Source: Balanoglossus misakiensis (Eukaryota > Animalia > Hemichordata). Taken from it: DNA of 64,000 nucleotides. The number at the start of each line of letters is the position of its first letter. The first letter of the stretch is position 1. This document shows, piece by piece, positions 1 through 15,000 of the stretch. Under the pieces are notes generated by a model. It did no database searches, was not told where the DNA came from, and was given only the letters and a program-made list of their open reading frames with translations. The DNA is taken from the NCBI GenBank assembly GCA_040954595.2, contig CM082576.2, positions 1,834,760 through 1,898,759 on the forward strand. Reading direction: 5' to 3'. The translations under genes were made by a program, and so were the position numbers.

Positions 1-3000
1 GTGCCAGGCCTCCCATACTCGCAAAGACTTGTAAGATTGATGGTAAGCTTGGTGATTCTAACATAACACTGTCTGGGATTGGATCAGTGGCTGTTTCATG
101 TCTTGCCTGGTCTGGTGGTGGCGCTATCACTATTTCTATGTCATCATCTGTGTGTACAGAAGAAGGTTAGGTAAATGAGTTTTAAATTTCATTTCATGGC
201 AGAAACACAGAGACACTTGGGGCATACTAAAATAGAAAATAGAAAACAGACAGATGCTTAATAATGACACACTGTACCTTGGTCAGTTTTCAGCCTTTTG
301 GCACTGTCAAACTTTGTGAATGAACTGAACTTCTTTGCACTGAGTTTCATAGAGAAATCCAGCGACGGGTAGCCTTGTGGAAGACCTCTGTCTTGTAGAA
401 GTCTGAGCAGCTGTGCCACTGTCAGGTTATTGGGTAATGCTTGGCCTGGTATCAATTGATGGTACAAGGACAACACAGGTATATTCATAGGTTCACTTGC
501 AAGTGCTTTTTCAGCAGACGGTTTTCCACGTCGACTTGGTGGGCGTGGTGGTAATGCTTTCTCTGCTCTCTTTCCTTTCACTTTCATACCTAAAAGGAAG
601 CATGAGGAAAAATAAAATTGTCATTTTGAGAGTTGATCAATCATGTGGCAAGACAGCATGTTGCTTCATTTGATTTTTAAAGTATAAAGTTCTACTGAAC
701 CCAATATGTGGTATCACAAAACGGCATTGGTTTCTACAAAATTATTTCATCCAAGCAATACCTGCTGCAACTGTGAGGTTTTCAAGCACTTCCATGGATC
801 CTTGCAGACCTTCCAAAGCACCATTCTCTTGTGGTGGTTCTTCCTCAGTCATTGATTTCTCAACTTTCTCCTCCACTTTACTCTCCTCTCGATGGCGTTT
901 CTCTCGAGTCTCAATCAATTTTGCAGTCAGTTGAGGAGTATCTTAAATAAAACAAAAAATCCACACATTTTCATATTAAAAACGATTCACCAGTGCAAGA
1001 ACATAAATTCTGATAGATGTGGCACTATATCTTATGTTCATCCCACAAGCATGATCATATAACTTTATTGTTTCATGTAAACACTGCATCTACCTTTTTA
1101 AAGTTTATTTAAGTGATCATATATCCAAGACATATAATTTTATACTAGTATAATGTTTCAGTTCAGGTCTACTATACAGATAAGATGGCTACATAATCTG
1201 TGTAGACTTCTATCAAGCAGACATATTTGGCCACAGGACACACTGCATCACTGACAGCCATATTGGCTTTGCAGGACTATTTCCTTTGTTCTTTTTGTAT
1301 ATTACATAGACATATTACTCTCTTACCTGACACCATAGATAAGACATCACCACAAGTAGCTGAAAGCTTGACTTCATGCGTTCTGAATTTATGACCAGTT
1401 CCGTATCTCGGATGTAGTACAATGTTAGCAGATGCATTGGCTCTACCCTTGTACAACTGACATGGTGAATCAATGAATGCCAGAATCTTCTCATCTTCCA
1501 ACATAAGTTGTAGGAATAATCTCCTTGTGAATCCTGAGATGGCAGATCCAGAAGCACTGGTCTGGGAGCTTTTACTTCGGATCACATCACACAAGACACT
1601 TGCAGCAAGCTGTTGATTCCTTGGATGTGCAGAGATCACTTTGCTGAAGAACTTGACCGTTGCTGTTTCTATTGAGGCTCTGTACTGAGTGCTCAGGACC
1701 TGAGATTTCTTTGGACTTGCAAAGACTAGGGGCTGCAGAGTGTTATTGTTCGTATTGCAAAGCAAGGTCAACAAAGCCGGCCAGAAGATGTTTCCTTCAA
1801 CACCACCCATCCACTCTTTCATCACATCTTCATAAGCAACTCCAGCAAAGAAATTCAAGACTGGGGCAATAAGATCGGCTGTTATGCACAGATATCCACC
1901 ATCAGACTCAGTCACTGAGGAAGTTCTACTTCTGCCTCTTGCTGACCTTGGCGAGGTCAACGCACTCTTTGTACTATCTGCCACAGAATCATTCACCAAA
2001 CCCTCCGTACTGCAAGCTATTTCCCTGGTACAGAACTCAAGCAGAGCTTCAGCTAGCACGGCTGGGAATCCTGAATCCAACAGCTGTCTCACAGCTGTTG
2101 CTGACTGGCACGCCACTGCTAACGTCTGTAGATGTGACTCATCCAACATCATGTGACCAAATTCCTGTAAGATTAGTGGCTGAATTTCAATGTTGTCATC
2201 AGTGACAACTGCACTTGCACTTGCTCCACCATCTTGTGTCGCTTCCTTGGAATCATCTGTAAGTGATGCACTTCTGTCTCTGCTGGCATCTTTACTGTCA
2301 TCTGAGGTGAAATACACATAATCAAAATTTAAGATTCATTATCTGAATACAGACAGACTTCAGGGATATTTTATTTACACTCAATGAATTAATCAATATT
2401 TCCTTTAAAACTTCTGTGTAGAAATATTTTCTGTCATAGGGTTACTGACGACATGTAAACTTAGACAATCTGTGTATCTACAAGCTAGATGGCAAGTTGT
2501 GGTCTTGGTATAATCACCTGTGAGTGGACTAGTGATGACTCGTTCACTTTCCATGGTTATTCCCATCCATTCCAGAAGTACATTGAAATATCTGGGCTGT
2601 ATATGACAGATTGCACACAATACTGAGTCTACTGCTCTCTTGAGTGTTGAATTGTGAGGCAGAACCATTGACCACTCGTACACAGAACTGAAAGATATCC
2701 AAACGGTGATAAGCATTTAAATTTTTGGTCATTCACATGTGAATATTTGTTCAAAATACACTATGATAAATTTAAAAAAAGAAATTTCATTTTATAATGT
2801 AAATTCAATTTATGGGAGGTATGACAATAAGATGTGTCTCTCCAACAAAGTGAGACCCTGGGCTCTGACAATGGTTATTTATGAAGCAAATACTTTCCTC
2901 AGGCTTCACCTGCAATGAATATTCTGAAGAGGTTCATCAGAATCTCTAACTCTTGTGACCTACCTGAAGAGTTCTTTAGTGAGAATACTTGGCAAGTCAT

Positions 3001-6000
3001 AATCCACTGGTTTCTCATAGCTCTTCCAAATAGCTGCAGCCACACAGTGTACATGGGTTGCAGATGGCATGGACAACCCTTGCTCTGCTGGTGACAATGT
3101 TCTCGGTGCACGTTGGAATGACCCACCATGTTCTCGTCCATGTTTCTGTAAGGCCACTCGAGCTGTATCTCCAAGCCAGTCAGCCAGAGCCTTCATTCTG
3201 AAAAAAACAGAAACAGTAACAGTGTAAAGATCAGTTTTCAGTCAAATATCTCATCAATTTTCACAATGTTTTCTTCATAAAATGTGTTACAAAGTTACTA
3301 ATTGGTCATCCAGATGTACATGTATTCTTACCTCTGTATTGTTCCTTGGTCTTGGGTTGTACCCAGTTGATAGATGATATCAACAGTTGAATCGGACGCT
3401 GTTCCATGCAATCGACCCAGTAAAGATGATGCTGTATCTATAATACAATACACAACAGTCATACCACAAGAATATTGATAAGACTTCAACCCTAGATTGA
3501 TGAAGTACACATTTTTTTTTTTTTGGGGGGGGGGGGATTTCCTTACACGGTAACTTATTTCATCAAGTTTAACGTATGGTTGATTTTGTGTAACAAACAT
3601 GATTTTTATAGCAATTACATTGAAGCAGCCAGCTTGAATACTGTAAAGCAGTCTTGAGTTTAAACTTAAGTGAAGACAAATCTAAACCATTCTATTCCTA
3701 CTGCACATTTCACAAAGATTACCTGGGTCTGAAGATCCGTAGTTGTTTCTGAGCAGTATATCAATGATCTGCAATCCTATGTCAGTGTTGTGTAGCCCAA
3801 TCTTCAGCAAGACTGACTCAATGTTGGATGCATAGACTGTGCAATGAGGTGACAGAAGCAATGCAGCACATGTTGTCAGTAAGTTTGGAATTGGAGCTGC
3901 AGCACTTCCTATGATCTGTTCCACTCCACTCACTTGTGTCAGACAATGATGAAGTATTCGAAGCCATCCAATACTGTCAATCAAGACAAAATAAAGTTAG
4001 TTTATTCACAAAGTTGATTATTCCATTACAGTGGTATCTTTGATTTTTCACATTTATCAATACCTGGTATCACTATGAACTGTTGGCACCGAAAAACACA
4101 CAAAACAGATTCTTATGCCTCGTTCTACACCATTTTCCTTAGAATTCACACTGACACATTGCTTACCTTGATTTTGTCACATTATCCTCTGTTGGAAGAA
4201 AAGGATTGACAATAACTGAGCTTGAAGTGCTGCCAAATGCTGTGAGTCCCAACAACATGATCTGAGACAAGCCAACAGTTGAAGAATCTCTGGGTTTATG
4301 AAGTCTCAAGCAAACCGATGTGGTCACTTCAGGTTTGGACAGCTGTAACTTTATGAAAGTCAAACCACTGGTTGATATTGGTGAGCTGATGGGCACCATT
4401 GTTGAACCATCTCGGCTGATCTCCACAGAAACTGATGCTGGACAAGCTGTTGATACAGAAAGTACAAAGATTCATTGGTGGCAAAATCTGCACACAGACA
4501 AAACAACATCCACATATACTATATACAGTTGACTCATACATGTATGTACATATAAATGCCCAGAAAAAATATGAAATACACAGTGAATTTCTGTATCCAA
4601 TATTCCAGTCATTTTACATAAAAATAAGTTGACTTACTCGACAGTGAGGTAAGATGTGGTTGGATTTGAATTTCTTTGAGTAATATTGCACTGGGTAACG
4701 AAATGGTCAAATCACACCACGCCTCATCTGGATAGAAGTGGTATGACCATGCAGCTGATCTAGCTCTGCGATGTGGTGGCTGTGATTGTAACAGTACATC
4801 GGCTGGTTGAGCTGTAGGACTACTTGATGATATTGATCCTGAAAAGGCAAAATGACAATGACATATTTTGCTGTCTGGTATGCTAACATTATCACAAATG
4901 ACTCTAACATTACACCACTATTTCACTATAACTAGTCTCATTGCTTGTGTTGATGTTTCAAAGTAAGAAAGACAGATTGGAAGGGTTCATGTACCACACT
5001 TACCATAGGGGGCAAAATTGTGAAGCCCTTCAGCTGGATCTGAATCCACACCAGTGCTCTTTGATGACTTCGTAGTGGCTGGCAGGGGGGACTTTCCACC
5101 ATTGCCAAGATACTGCATGATTGTTGACACCAGACTTGGTGATATGTTGATCACAGCTCTGTTACTCAGAACCAGGTTGTTACAAATCACTTGAACACCA
5201 CCTACACACATCGATCAAAGATGGAGGTTATAACATTGCATTGCATTAAGACTTGTGGTGTAATACTGGCTATCTCTTAGATTAGTTTGATACACTACTG
5301 ATGTTATCATGCCAATAGAACTGGATCCAAGTTTACAGGAAAGCATGCAATGGCAAAGAGAGCAAATTGCTGACATACCACATTGTATTGACTTACCAAG
5401 TTCATAGAATGCTCTTAACGACTGCTCACAGTCCAGCGTTCTCAAGACAAACCACAGCAAAGGTTCAGATAAGAGCGATGTAGATGTCATACCCATGTTG
5501 TTACCACATGACAGATATTCCAATACTGGACTTAGCATCAGTTCCATTGAAGTGGCCTTCATGTTGAGGACACAGAGTACATGAAATATAGCATCACCAA
5601 CAGAGAGTGGATCCACTGAATTGAAACTCTCTGTCATCGTAACTTGGCTAAGCCCACTACTGCCTATGATCATTGCCATAGTGTTACTGTTGCAGTGACT
5701 CAAAGACCCTAACAGATGGAGGACTGTTCCTAATTTGCTGAGTACAACATCACTGATACACTTCACTTTGGGAGTGTCTCTTTCCTCTCCATTCATATTG
5801 TGACTGCATCTTCCTGGTTTCTTCTTCTGCGCTGATTCTGTTGGCTGTTCAGACTGGTCATCGGTCAAGTGTTGCTGCTGTTCGCCGGTCTTTTCTTCAT
5901 CACTCAGACTTGTGGTCGGACTTTGGACTGTGGCTGAACTCTGGCCTGGCATTTGTTGTTGTTGTTGTTGACTCTCACTCAGTTTATACACATCAGGTCG

Positions 6001-9000
6001 ATTATCACCAACCGGTAAAGTCTGTGGTGTGCTGTGGGCACTCGGAAGTCCAACAGCATCTTCATCACTCCAAGGAACATTACTACGCTGAGGTGGTTCT
6101 GCACCATTCTGCTTGAGTGGTACGCCCACTAGATGGCTGACAAGTCGAAGTAGAGAACACATCAGTAGATCTCTGTTAGCTTCTCCAACAGTTGATCTGG
6201 AATCTCCGGGTCTCAGCATGTTAGCAAACAGACCACCAAAACAGGACCTGGCACTGACGCTCCCCTCTGACGAACTGCGGCATGTTAACCTCTCTGTTGC
6301 CTTGATGTGATTGTGAACCAAAACTGCTACAGCTTCAATAAGACTGACTGCAGTTGTGATGTCAGAAGGTTGATACTTCTGTTCCAGAATGAAGTCAAGC
6401 AGCTTAACCTGTGCATCCAGAGGTCCCTGTCCAATCTGGAACGCTCCTCTGCAATATAAAATGTTCACAATTAATCGCTGTACGACCTCGGGCCACAAAA
6501 CCCGTATCAGGGCCGTAAAGATTAAAGGTTCAATAAATACTTTACATATTTACCCTTCAATTGTAAGCTTGTAAACTAGCCTAAGCATCAGTTCATTCAA
6601 TGAGTCAATGGTGGATGGTTCTGATGAAGTACATCGAACTTGAAGTCTCATTAAAAATTCATACATGGCCTGAGTAGCTGATGGTCCAACCTAGGAGAGA
6701 AAAAAACATTACATTCTTAGTTGACTATCTTCTTGCATTTAAACAGTGAAGCTAGCAATTTGCAAAAACAACATAAGTTAAAGTGCATTTCATCGTACAC
6801 ATCTTCAGTCATGACATGTTATGTAAAGGAAACTTTGGCACGTTTGCTTTCAAGTAGGTGATGACGGCTTTAAGGAGAAACCTTGGTACTACAAATAAGG
6901 TTACAGATTTTGGCGTGGAAGCTCCAAAGAGGTCATCTATCACATGCACAGCTCCTGCATAACTACAAGTGTTGCCTACCTGTAGGTGTGTTTGGCCCAT
7001 CAAAGCTGTTCCTTGGCACATGACATTAGACAGGAACTTGGTCAGAGCAGGCAAGAGATTACTGTCTGCTACAATAGCATTGGCCATCCACACAACGTCT
7101 CTCTCACTACTTTCAGACTTCATATTGGCCAACAAAGCCAACGAATGGAATGCAAGAGACCAGGTGTGAACAGGCAGATTGTACTGCCATGCAAGACATC
7201 CCAGTAGGCTAGATATTGAAGACTGACTGAGTGGTATACTGGGTACAATGGTGGCATCAAATTGACAATTCTCATTCTTGTCAGTATCTGAGGAGTTCTC
7301 ATTCAAGGTCAACCAGAGTTGAAGAAGTGCATCCAGGTTGACACGATGCAGGTGGAGAAGCGAGAACAGATGATCAAAGCAGGAACTCAACATTTGCGCT
7401 GAAGATGTTGTAACGATGGCTTGTAGGGATGAGAACAGAGCATCATCAGTTTGTGGACTGTCATAACCGTTGTTTGCACCGCCACAATAAACTCCTGACA
7501 TTGGTAAGAGTGGAGCACTGAGTGCTTGAACCACAGAGTCAGCCTCCATCACTGAGACAATCTTCAGAAACCATTCCGCTCGGAGCTGCAACCCAACTTC
7601 AAGTCTGGAATCCATGGCCATTGACACATTCATTGTGGAAGTCATTGCAGCAGCCTTGCTAGGATCACTATCGAAGTGACTTCCTACAACGTACTTGGCA
7701 CCGGTCCCGACAACAGAGTGATTCATATTGGATGTGGCTGTGGCTAACGCAGCAGCAGACTGGGCCAAGGCAGAACTCATACTGGCAATGTATGCCGCTT
7801 TCTGTTGCAACTTGGATTTACTCTTTTCATCAGCAGGGTTCCAATCATGAAGTTGATTGCATAGAAAGTTCATTTCTTCCATGAATTCCTTCTTTCCCAT
7901 GTCATCAAACTCTGCTATTTGTGGATCTGTTGTTTCTTCTGTCACCTCTTCAACTGTTGTCTCTCCTTTTGCCTGACTTTCCTCTTCATTAGTTGATACA
8001 GAGCTTTGTGCGGTTTCAGCTGAAGTAGTTCCATTGGCTGCAGACTGTTGCAACGTGTCTTCAGTTTCACTTGAGAATGCTGAGATATCTTCATCTGTTA
8101 CATTACTAGAGCACAGTGTTGAGATCGGATATAATCGCTCTCCTGAAAAATAAGAGGGAAACACTCTAAATGTTAGAGGCCACGGATCATTAATACATGT
8201 GAATAGTAAATGTCTTTATCAAGGGGCATATGTCTTTCTCCTAATTAGCCCCAATCTTCAGAACCCTGAGAACAGTGTAGTAGAACACTAACCTTCCAAG
8301 ACATCAAGAAGTAGAGTAGCAATGGCATGGTAAGCCCAAGGTCCACCCCAGGCAACATTGCCACGATTGTAGTTGATACCAGCACACAGTAACAACAGTT
8401 GTTCTAATTGCTCTTCACTCATGATTTCTGGCAATGTGATGGCTGGCCTTGATGCATTGGATATCCTGGCTAAAACCTAAGAAAATAACATAATGATAGT
8501 TGAAACATCACAGCTTTAGCTTTAGGCAACAGTCTTGTTGTTAACAACTACATGTACATGTATATCAACTTACCTTGCAAGTAACAAGGAACAGATCAAC
8601 ATGACATGTGAAGTCCATTGACAGTAACAATGCCATGAGACCCTGTACAACTGGAATGCTCTTGTCTCTGGGTAACTGGAAGACTGGTGGTTCGACATCC
8701 AACACTCTCTCTCCCTGACTGTTATTTTCATCTTTTTCCCCTCTGACAGTGTCTTTGTTGGTCATCCGTCTTAGCATCAGCAGGTCTTTGAAATGCTACA
8801 AGGTGTGAAATTCATAAAAAAAACATCAGCTTGGTTTATATTAGCATGAATTGGAAATTGCTACTATTTACTAATAAATATCAAGGTTATTTGTGCAGTT
8901 CTCAATTATTTATGTGTTCATGCATCCATCCATACATTTACAGATATGCAAATCTGTGCAATCTGAGCATTATTCAGGAGTTTCAATCTGTCTGTCAAAT

Positions 9001-12000
9001 GGATTACCCTAAAGACAAGCGTTACCTTGGATGCTCTTTGCTTCAGTTCCTTCATTAACTTTTGTTGGACAACCAGATCTTGACCTTTGCCTTCTTCCTT
9101 CAACTGACTGGAAATCATCTTGTGTTTAGCCTGCAATGATAAAGGCAGAGTCTATACTTACTGTTAACTTCATACACATTGACTCTACACAGCTTGATAT
9201 TTTTATGACAAATTTTATTTAAATTCTTGACGGTAAAAACATACCTGCAAGTCCATTAACTGTTGTTTGTGGTGCATAAGTTGTCTCTTTAAGCGTCTTC
9301 TATGCAATCTGCTGTGACTGACAGATTTCACACCACTTGACTGATGGGACTGGGCAACGAAATCACTGGTAATGAAATCCCATCGGTTTCCATTCACACT
9401 ATTAGAAGATGAACTCCCTGAAATCATAAACCAAATCAGCAACCATCAAGGCAAATTGTCAAGCAAACTTCAATCTGGTACATGACTCATAATTGAAGCC
9501 ACGTCAAAATTAATATAAGCTGACGATTTTTTTTTGGTTTGTGTATCAAATTATATGGTTGTACATTATCCATTGCCAAAATGGTGAGCCTTGCCTGAAC
9601 ACTGCTTACATTAATGCTTACCTTTATCTTTGTCCTTGTTGTTGGCTTTACTTTCAAGATCACCATCATCATCATCATTGTTGTTATTATTTCCTACTGT
9701 ACTGTCCAGCGTCCGTGACAGAAACATTAAAACCCAGCTGATCAGAGACAAATCGAGGGAACCTGCCAAGATACAATACGCAAACTGTTGAAGTTTCCAC
9801 AGATACATGATATTAAACGATGATTAACATAATTTCCAAAGGTAGAAGTCATTTTTATTGATGGCAAACGAACAACTGATCCACTTACTTCCCCCAGCAA
9901 TGCTGTAGTATTGGCCATGTCCTGATTGCAGTGGAGCAAGCAGCTTGGCTAGCAAGTTCAGCAGATGTTCCAATACATTGCTGGAATTGTTACAAGCAAT
10001 CGATTTCTGACCAAGCACTGCCAACAGTACAAACAACCTATACAGGGAAAAGTAATTGAAATATATCATCGAATCATGCTAGTCTCAAAGCAATGGGTCA
10101 TAATATAAAAATCAGTGTATAAGTACAATGTATTTCACAACTCCTGAGCTTGAGACATATCAAAGATAGTGAGACAGAAAAAGTAGATTGGTAAGATCAT
10201 TTTAGAAGTTCTATATAGAGATGCTGTATCCAAATATGACATATCTGTTACTCAAGACCTGCTTACTTTGAAAATGCATCAGTTGTATTATACATTACAC
10301 ATCATAAACCAAAACCTAAAATCTCACCTGTCCTGTGGGAATACCATTGTTTGTTCTGAGTTAAAGTATTCCTGCAGTGAATTAGCAAGAAACTCTCCCC
10401 ACCATGGTTGTATACCACACATTTTGACCAGGAGGGCACCACATCGTATCCTTGTCTTTGGAGTACCAACCACACACAGATGTTTAAAGAGTGCGTCACA
10501 CACACCCATGTCAAAGATTCTAAACAAAGTACTTGGCATAGACTTGACACAAGTGTTACATATACTCAGCAATGTATCCAATAGATATTCAGCTATGACT
10601 CGGAGTTGGTCATTTGATGTCTGTTTCAACAGACCTGCTGTACTTTGCTTCTGAACAACTTTACGGGGCAGTGATCCACAGGCACTTTTCATGCGACTGA
10701 TCGCCCGGTGTGCGAGATTCAACTGTAGCTGCAGCTGCATGCATTCCTGGTAAGCTTGGTGAATCTTGTTGTCTTCTTCACTCTTTTCACTGTTCTTCCT
10801 GACAAAGAACTGTGCACTGCTGCCTACAGACTGGGGAAGATCGATCCCACTAAGCAGCGTTTCCAGCCGATTGCAGGACAGACTGTACCGACACTGCAAA
10901 TCCTCTTGCAAGGATATCAGAGAACCAAGATGCTGATCAATCTGGAAACTACCATTCTCATGCACTGCATTGCCATTAACTAGCGACTGTAGGTTGTCAT
11001 CATTCTCCCAGGGCAAAATGTAAGTGTGACCGAAGAATGATCCCACAGGAATCTTAGATCGCATCACGTTACCACCATATCGCCCAATTACAGTTATCTA
11101 AAAGGCAGGAAAGATATGGATAATATAAATAACCCGATTTCACATTGAAGACATGGTCATTGTATGTTAATACACGCCACCCATTGTGCACAGCTAGATG
11201 CAAGCAAATAATTGTACTTACTTTAATGAATCTGCAAACCGCAGCTGGTAAGAGATCACTGAGAATTAATGATCTGTCTCCAATATCCATGGCAACCACT
11301 AGGCGACGCCCATCAATTTCCTCCCCTCTGACCCACACATCAATGGAGAGTGATGATAGATCAGAGCATGCTGGTATAAACACATCTGTCAACAAGACAG
11401 GATGGCCGAAATCTAAAACAGCAAACCTCCTTGCACCTGTAAACAACAACATTTACAACTTGCTGGATAACTGGAAAAGAATTCCTTTCACACAATGAAT
11501 TTTACAGAAATATCATAACTTCTACAACACGTATTGCTATTCATACCGTTTAACTACAAATTATTTGTAACATTACAATCCTCATGGAATTTTATTTGGC
11601 TGTTGGCTGAAATATTTAACTGACTTCATCATGCGGTCATTTGTGTACGAATGAAGATAGATTATTACTGAAGGTCAAACAGTTACCTGAATGCATTCTT
11701 TCAACTACAAGAACATGTGGTTGTGGTGGCTGTAACAGACATTGGTTGGCTGGAGGCAGAGGTGTACTGGCTGGAGCAGGTCTGTTACTGCTTCCCTGTA
11801 AGGATTAGCAAAAGGGAAATGGTTTATATGCAACAAATAATATTGACGTATATTAATCATTTATGCCACATTGGGAAAGAATTACATGAAGTACCAATTG
11901 AATGCACTTTCATGCTGAAAATAGTGTCTTAATGTAGACTTGACAAGTAAAGTCTTACCTTTGTCTTGACTCCTTGGGAAACAACCTTGGCAAATGTTTT

Positions 12001-15000
12001 ACCAAGAGAATACATTCCTTCCTCACCAGCAACAAGAATTTCATTAGGTGGTGTTAGTGGTGGGGTCATAAAGAAAGGAGTGTTCTTAGGTGTGGCAGGA
12101 AATAATTCAGTAGAATACTGACTATAGGAGATGTTACCAGGAGTTGAACCCATCTGCAATTTCTCTTCAAGTTTCTGCTTCTACAAGTGAAGGTAAGAGA
12201 GAAAAGGGAAAGAAAGATGGGGAGTTTTGAGATTTGTGATTGTGAGCATTACAACTGGAGGCAAGTACTATTAGGCCATCATGAAATTGACTTCTGACAT
12301 GATGAAAGTGTTTTTCATTTGGTGTAATTGGATGAATTGTTTGACTAATTGAAAACACTGAACTTCCATGTTGATTCTCTCTGCCCATATACTGACCAAG
12401 GTATCTGATCAGGAAATTAGCTACTGTATTGTACACAAAAATAGTGTTGTGAAGTGCAATGTGGTGTAGTGTCAATGCTTGGCTAATGTGAAGGATATTT
12501 GATGTATTGTTTTACTGCAAAATTCGAACTAGTCAACATAAGCTTGCCAATTATGTCCGTAACTATCAAGCTGATTAGCCAGTCACTTGATAACATGGCT
12601 GACTGAAGAAATCTGTAAATCATGGAATTAGATAGAAGATATGTATACATGATATTAATCACTTTTCTTGTGACTGAGGTTTAGGTTGATTTATCAAATC
12701 ATCTGAGACTGAGACAGCTAATTCACAGAGAGGGCAGCATTTTATATTTTATATTGCAGTGGGTTTTAATTTATAGTGCAATACATGGGGAAATGGTTAG
12801 CAATTGTTATATATACACCGTGAGTTTTACAGAGCAGAGCAGCACTGTGCATAAATTATGGTGTTGAATTTCCTTTGAGAATTGATCTGATTTGGCATTT
12901 ACCTGTTGTTGTAACTTGATCAACTGTTGCTGTTTCTGCTGCAGTATCTGTAGTTGCTGTTCAGCTGAAGCCATGGCACCTGACAAGGCACTCATTGCAG
13001 CACCAGGTGCTGTTGTAGTTGTAGTAGTGGCAGTGCTCTCATTCAGTGCTGATGGACCTGGTCCAAGGGAAAGGGATGGTGGTATAACACTGGTATTTGC
13101 ATTTCCACCTGATAAAAAATACATCAAATTTTAATGTATGATGTACATGCTTCCTGGTATATGAGCCTACTTTTAGCTTAGCATTAAAAGACGTTACAAT
13201 ACACACCAACAAAATGCTCAATTTACCACTACCAGACTAGCCTTTGTTTTTATGTTTCAATATCGTAAGTTACGCATTTGTAACTGTAAAATCTCACAAC
13301 CATTACAGTAGATCTGTTTTAAGTCCATCAGTGTATTGATATATGCAGATGGACATACCTGTGTCGATTTTCTCTACATGGGTTCCTTCACTGGTTGCAA
13401 CACATGAGAAATGGAGTGGTTCTACTTCAAGCAGCCCTTTCAGCAGCTGAGTTCCAACATCAATGATGCCGCTAGCTGATGATGATGTCTTGCCATTGTT
13501 GACTCCTAGCAGATCTTTGAAATCCACTTCGACATCACCAGGTAGTGATGACAGAGGGGGATGTGATTGCTGTGCGTTAACACTGCTGCTGCTGCTGGTG
13601 CTTCCAGTCCCAGCTGTGCTGCTGGATGGTAACTGCTTGCTTGGCATGGCTGGTTCCGTGTCAAACAATACTGGTTCCAGGGGTGTTCCATATAGACCAA
13701 ATCTGGTGGTCGTGTGGGATAGAAAAATGGGTGATTCTAAAATGAAATCCCTTAAACAGAAATTCCTTTCCAATTTCCCACTGTGCATCACATGCATAGG
13801 TAACGCATACTTTTTGGCCGGTATGCTTATTTTCCCAAAAGTAAAGTAAATTTTCTTTATTTCGATAAATAGAGTTAATTTACAATTGTAGATAAATTGA
13901 TTACATCTTCTTGATGACTTTCCAAAACATACCTTGCTCTGAGCAGCAGATGCTGAGGACTCAATCTCTCATGGAGCTGTTTGGCCACAGCCGTCAGCAT
14001 GGAAGCACACACTTTTCCCGTACTCTCTGGATCCATGGATTTGACAAGATTGAGTAGCACAAAGAACCAATGCAGTGATCCAGCAGAGCTGGCGTATGGA
14101 ATGAAGGGAAGACACTCCAACATACCATGCAACAGACACATATTAAACGATTTGAGGATATCGGTATCCTTGCTTCGTTTAGCTCTCCTGAAATGCAAAA
14201 CAGGGTTTTCCAAATTCGTTAGCAACTTTTGAAACTTCAGTTTGATTAAATACATGATTGAAATACAACTTCGAATTAATGGCAAGGCATTTATTTTTTT
14301 CAGTCTTTGTTGTGACATATGAGATAAGCGTTTTTTCCTCATGATTACAAAACTACTACTTACCCAGTGCAAAGAGCTACCAACTGACTAAATTTGTGTG
14401 CAATACTTCTGTCTGCTTCTATAATGCATGTCTTGATCAAGGACAGCAACTGTCGCTGCACATTGAATACTAAATTCTCAGATCCCAAGCTACAAAGTGT
14501 AAACAGACAAAGAAAATGTTGGTTTGAGCAGAAGAAAATGGCACATAATCTGAATGCAATGTGAATTTTCTGAATAGCACTATGTGTAGGAAGATATGAA
14601 ACCAATTGGACTGGCTCAGTAGACAGATGTTGACATAATTGAACAGATAAATCTATATTCATGGTTCTCTATGACTTGTGACTTACATTATGGGTTCGTT
14701 GATTTGAACTCCAGCCACCCAACACAGTATATCCAATGCCATGCCTTGATAATGAGTAAAACTGACACTGCCATCAAAACTATCATCCTCTCCGCAGATA
14801 GCCTGTATTAACTTCTCATAAAATGTTGAATATTCCAGCATCTTCACTCTCTGAATTCTGTCAGTGGAAATCAGTACACAACAAAGTCAAAGTCCTGCAC
14901 GGGTCACCTTTTATAGACACTGATCAATCATTTTTATTGAACATAAATCGTTTACACCATGCAGTACCGAATGGCCATTCTGTATCTTACATAGTAAACA

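Noticed and set aside
12295-12400. ATGATGA...CTGA boxes in a BIRC6 intron
   Set aside because: They are antisense to the host transcript and have no terminal stem.
11959-13108. PolyQ/polyT coiled-coil and TPPLTPP segment as a lineage-specific BIRC6 insertion
   Set aside because: The same MASAEQQLQ...FMTPPLTPPNE segment is recalled from human BIRC6, so it is conserved rather than novel.
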